From the NCBI GenBank assembly GCA_004297845.1, contig SCSP01000278.1:1-44952 (forward strand): a stretch of 44,952 bases of DNA. Direction: 5' to 3'. Origin of the DNA: Bacteroidota bacterium. GTDB lineage: Bacteria > Bacteroidota > Bacteroidia > Palsa-948. The position numbers were made by a program, and so were the translations under genes. Shown here in pieces: positions 42,543 to 44,952 of the stretch (the stretch's first letter is position 1; each line of letters opens with the position of its first letter). The notes below the pieces were generated by a model. It saw only the letters and a list, made by a program, of their open reading frames with translations. It was not told the origin of the DNA and made no database searches.

Positions 42543-43841
42543 ATGAGGAGATTTAAAATTTTATTTACTGTTCTGCCAATCGTTATTCCAGAATTTTCGA
42601 AATCCCAAATTACCATAACGAAAACTGACATGCCTGTATTGAATGATACTGTCCGTGTAAGTGCAGCCGCTTCGTTTTCCGGGATCAATACTCAGCTTAC
42701 AGGTGCGAATTATGTATGGGATTATACTTTTTTAGAACCCGATTCGCAGCGGGTGATAAAATTTGAAGCGCCCGTTTCAACCCCCTATCCCTTTTTTGCG
42801 CTGAACGCCAAGTATGGAGTGAGAAACTACTCCCCGGATCCCTTTCCCTTTATATTATTTGGCGGAGCGCCCGAAAATGTATATGATTTTTATACTATTT
42901 CATCGGCTAATTACCGGCAAACGGGATATGGCATTACTGCGATGGCAGCTTCGTTGCCGATTTTTTACAATAAGCCGGATATTATTTATACGTTCCCCCT
43001 GAATTATGGCAAAGTGGATTCATCCCAAAGCGGATTCGGATATCCTATGCCCGGTTTAGGTTTTTATGGAATTGATAAGAATCGGTTAAATGTCGCGGAT
43101 GGATGGGGAAAACTGAAATTACCTTACGGTGAGTTTGACGCAGTGAGGGTGAAATCCACCATTAATCAATCGGATACCATTTACCTTGATACCCTGGGAA
43201 TTGGCATGCTGATCCCTCGTCCTACACGGCACGAATATAAATGGATGGGGAAAGGAAGTAAAATACCCTTGTTGCAAATTGATGAAACAGATTTTGGTTT
43301 TGGCCTGGTTACTATTAACAGAGTAGAGTACCAGGACAGCATGTTGAGCGCAATGAGCGCACAGATCATTTCCACGCCTACCTGCCCGGGAGCGAAAAAA
43401 GGAACAATGGAAGTGATTTCTCATGGAGGGAAAGCGCCTCATGTGTATTCATGGAATTCGGGGCAAACAACAACCTACCTTTCCGGCTTGGAGGAGGGAG
43501 TTTATTCGGTAACAGTTACCGATCAATACGGGGATACAATAACACTTATTGATTCAGTGGAGGGCAAAAAACAATCCGTTGAGTGCCTGATTATTCCCAG
43601 TGCTTTTACTCCAAATGATGATGGGGTGAATGAGGTGTGGAACATCCCGGGCTTAAGCGAGTTTTCCGATTGCCGGGTGGAAATTTATAACCGATGGGGT
43701 TCCCTGTTATATTCATCAACAGGATACACCAAACCCTGGGACGGAAAATACAATGGAGAAAATTCTTCAACGGGAACGTATTACTACACGATAAAAGTTC
43801 AAAGCAATATGTATCAGGGAACAGTAACTATAATCAGGTGA
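42543..43841 (+). CDS. T9SS type B sorting-domain (gliding-motility C-terminal domain) protein
   Basis: Signal peptide. The C-terminal IIPSAFTPNDDGVNEVWNIPGL...VEIYNRWGSLLY...WDGKYNG...GTYYYTIKV is the CHU_C / type B CTD signature. Confidence 0.85.
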   Translation: MRRFKILFTVLPIVIPEFSKSQITITKTDMPVLNDTVRVSAAASFSGINTQLTGANYVWDYTFLEPDSQRVIKFEAPVSTPYPFFALNAKYGVRNYSPDPFPFILFGGAPENVYDFYTISSANYRQTGYGITAMAASLPIFYNKPDIIYTFPLNYGKVDSSQSGFGYPMPGLGFYGIDKNRLNVADGWGKLKLPYGEFDAVRVKSTINQSDTIYLDTLGIGMLIPRPTRHEYKWMGKGSKIPLLQIDETDFGFGLVTINRVEYQDSMLSAMSAQIISTPTCPGAKKGTMEVISHGGKAPHVYSWNSGQTTTYLSGLEEGVYSVTVTDQYGDTITLIDSVEGKKQSVECLIIPSAFTPNDDGVNEVWNIPGLSEFSDCRVEIYNRWGSLLYSSTGYTKPWDGKYNGENSSTGTYYYTIKVQSNMYQGTVTIIR

Positions 43842-43848
43842 TAAGGGT

Positions 43849-44823
43849 ATGAAAAAACAGGCGGCCTTTTTAAGTGTTATGTTTTCCGGGGTTTTAACGC
43901 TTCCGGCACAGCAATTGCCTTTACACAGCCAATACCTGTGGAACGACTATCTCATTAACCCGGCCGTTGCGGGCATCAAAGAAGAAGAGTCGCCTGTATT
44001 TCTTTCCTACCGAACACAGTGGAGCGGGCTGGAAGGCGCACCGGTAACCCAAATGGCGGGAATGCATGGAGCGGCAAGCGGAAAAATCGGTTTGGGATTA
44101 TTGTTTACAAATGATAAAACCGGGCCCATACATAAATCTTCTTTTCAGTTTGGATATTCATACAGGTTGAAAATTGCGGATAAATGCAAAATTTCATTCG
44201 GAGTGGCGCCTGCCATCCTGCTGCACTCCCTGAAAAAATCAGAACTTACTTTCGACCAGCCCGATGCGTTCGCGGAAGGTGTAGCAGGGGAGAGCGCAGT
44301 GATGGATGCAACCGCAGGTTTGTATTTTTCCGCAGAGAAATATTTTTCGGGATTTTCGGTCCCCCAGATTTTAGAGAACAGGATATGGCAGGGCGACAAG
44401 ACTACTTATGCCAGACTGAAAAGGCACTATCTTTTGTACGGAGGGTATGAATTAGAGGTTAATGAAAAATTTACGGTGCAACCCTCTCTGTATGCTAAAT
44501 ACGCCATGGGCGCACCGGTGCAATGGGATGTAAATGTACGGGGCACTTACCATCGTTTTATCTGGATGGGGTTTTCATGGAGGGCGAATGCATCCTCCAA
44601 TTTTAATGATGCTATGGTGTTTATGATAGGAGTTTCAAAATTAAACATCCATGTTGGTTATGCCTATGATTATTCTTTTGGTAAAATTAGGAAGAGCTCG
44701 TTGGGATCACATGAGATATTCATTTCATACACGATCAGCAACAGGATAAAAGGTTCCCCAACCAGAGAGAAAAGCTATTTTTCTTCACCTTCAGCGCCTT
44801 ATAAAATTATACCTTTACGGTAA
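43849..44823 (+). CDS. PorP/SprF-family T9SS membrane protein
   Basis: The N-terminal LHSQYLWNDYLINPAVAG motif and a beta-barrel-like body. It is directly downstream of a type B cargo gene, which is the canonical pairing. Confidence 0.88.
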   Translation: MKKQAAFLSVMFSGVLTLPAQQLPLHSQYLWNDYLINPAVAGIKEEESPVFLSYRTQWSGLEGAPVTQMAGMHGAASGKIGLGLLFTNDKTGPIHKSSFQFGYSYRLKIADKCKISFGVAPAILLHSLKKSELTFDQPDAFAEGVAGESAVMDATAGLYFSAEKYFSGFSVPQILENRIWQGDKTTYARLKRHYLLYGGYELEVNEKFTVQPSLYAKYAMGAPVQWDVNVRGTYHRFIWMGFSWRANASSNFNDAMVFMIGVSKLNIHVGYAYDYSFGKIRKSSLGSHEIFISYTISNRIKGSPTREKSYFSSPSAPYKIIPLR

Positions 44824-44862
44824 CATCAATCTCAATCCCCAATCCCCTAACATCTGTTTAGA

Positions 44863-44952
44863 ATGAAAAATTGTATTTTATTTTTTTTCCTGTTAATTTT
44901 CTGCACCGCAGGAGCCCAGGATACCATTGTGAAAAAGAACGGAGATGTTATT
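44863..44952 (+). CDS. Partial CDS (5' end only), secreted protein
   Basis: ATG at 44863 gives MKNCILFFFLLIFCTAGAQDTIVKKNGDVI, a signal-peptide-like sequence. The ORF runs off the window. Confidence 0.45.
   Translation, partial: MKNCILFFFLLIFCTAGAQDTIVKKNGDVI

Overview
This is a chromosomal segment from a Bacteroidota genome. The evidence is several T9SS C-terminal sorting domains, a PorP/SprF gene, TAnnTTTG-type -7 promoter boxes, and the conserved purH-mreB-mreC-mreD-mrdA-rodA block. I see no rRNA, tRNA or CRISPR array.

Housekeeping genes present are ung, an OsmC-family gene, lipA, mgtE, a 2-hydroxyacid dehydrogenase, purH, mreBCD, mrdA, rodA, mfd, a PafA-type alkaline phosphatase, an MFS transporter and an ABC permease.

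Three things stand out:

1. **CotH / VTC cluster (4978-16284).** This is an eight-gene, same-strand, tightly packed cluster. It holds two tandem ~1050-aa T9SS-exported CotH-kinase proteins, a T9SS-exported protein with about eight internal repeats, two small envelope proteins, a VTC (polyphosphate-polymerase-type) domain protein, a DUF4956-like membrane protein and a DUF2490-like beta-barrel. mgtE follows directly. This is my best candidate for an uncharacterised system, possibly envelope polyphosphate synthesis coupled to surface phosphorylation.

2. **In-frame palindromic element family.** A GC-rich element with by-eye consensus CCCCTCTCC-N4-GGAGAGGGG-TNRGGGGTGAGG sits in-frame inside purH, mfd (twice), the dehydrogenase, a TPR membrane protein and a signal peptide. 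It also occurs intergenically. Other small repeat families accompany it: the palindrome TCCCGATAGCTATCGGGA, heptamer-periodic tracts, and ATTCGTA words just upstream of start codons.

3. **AT-rich accessory island (about 19.5-23.9 kb).** It carries an intact ISAzo13-type IS with 18-bp inverted repeats and a TAA duplication, an unexplained GC-rich 250-bp segment, and a type II R-M module whose small middle ORF is split at a T7 run. A separate orphan BglII-like endonuclease gene elsewhere is frameshifted at an A5 run.

All family assignments come from motif recognition by eye. No searches were run.
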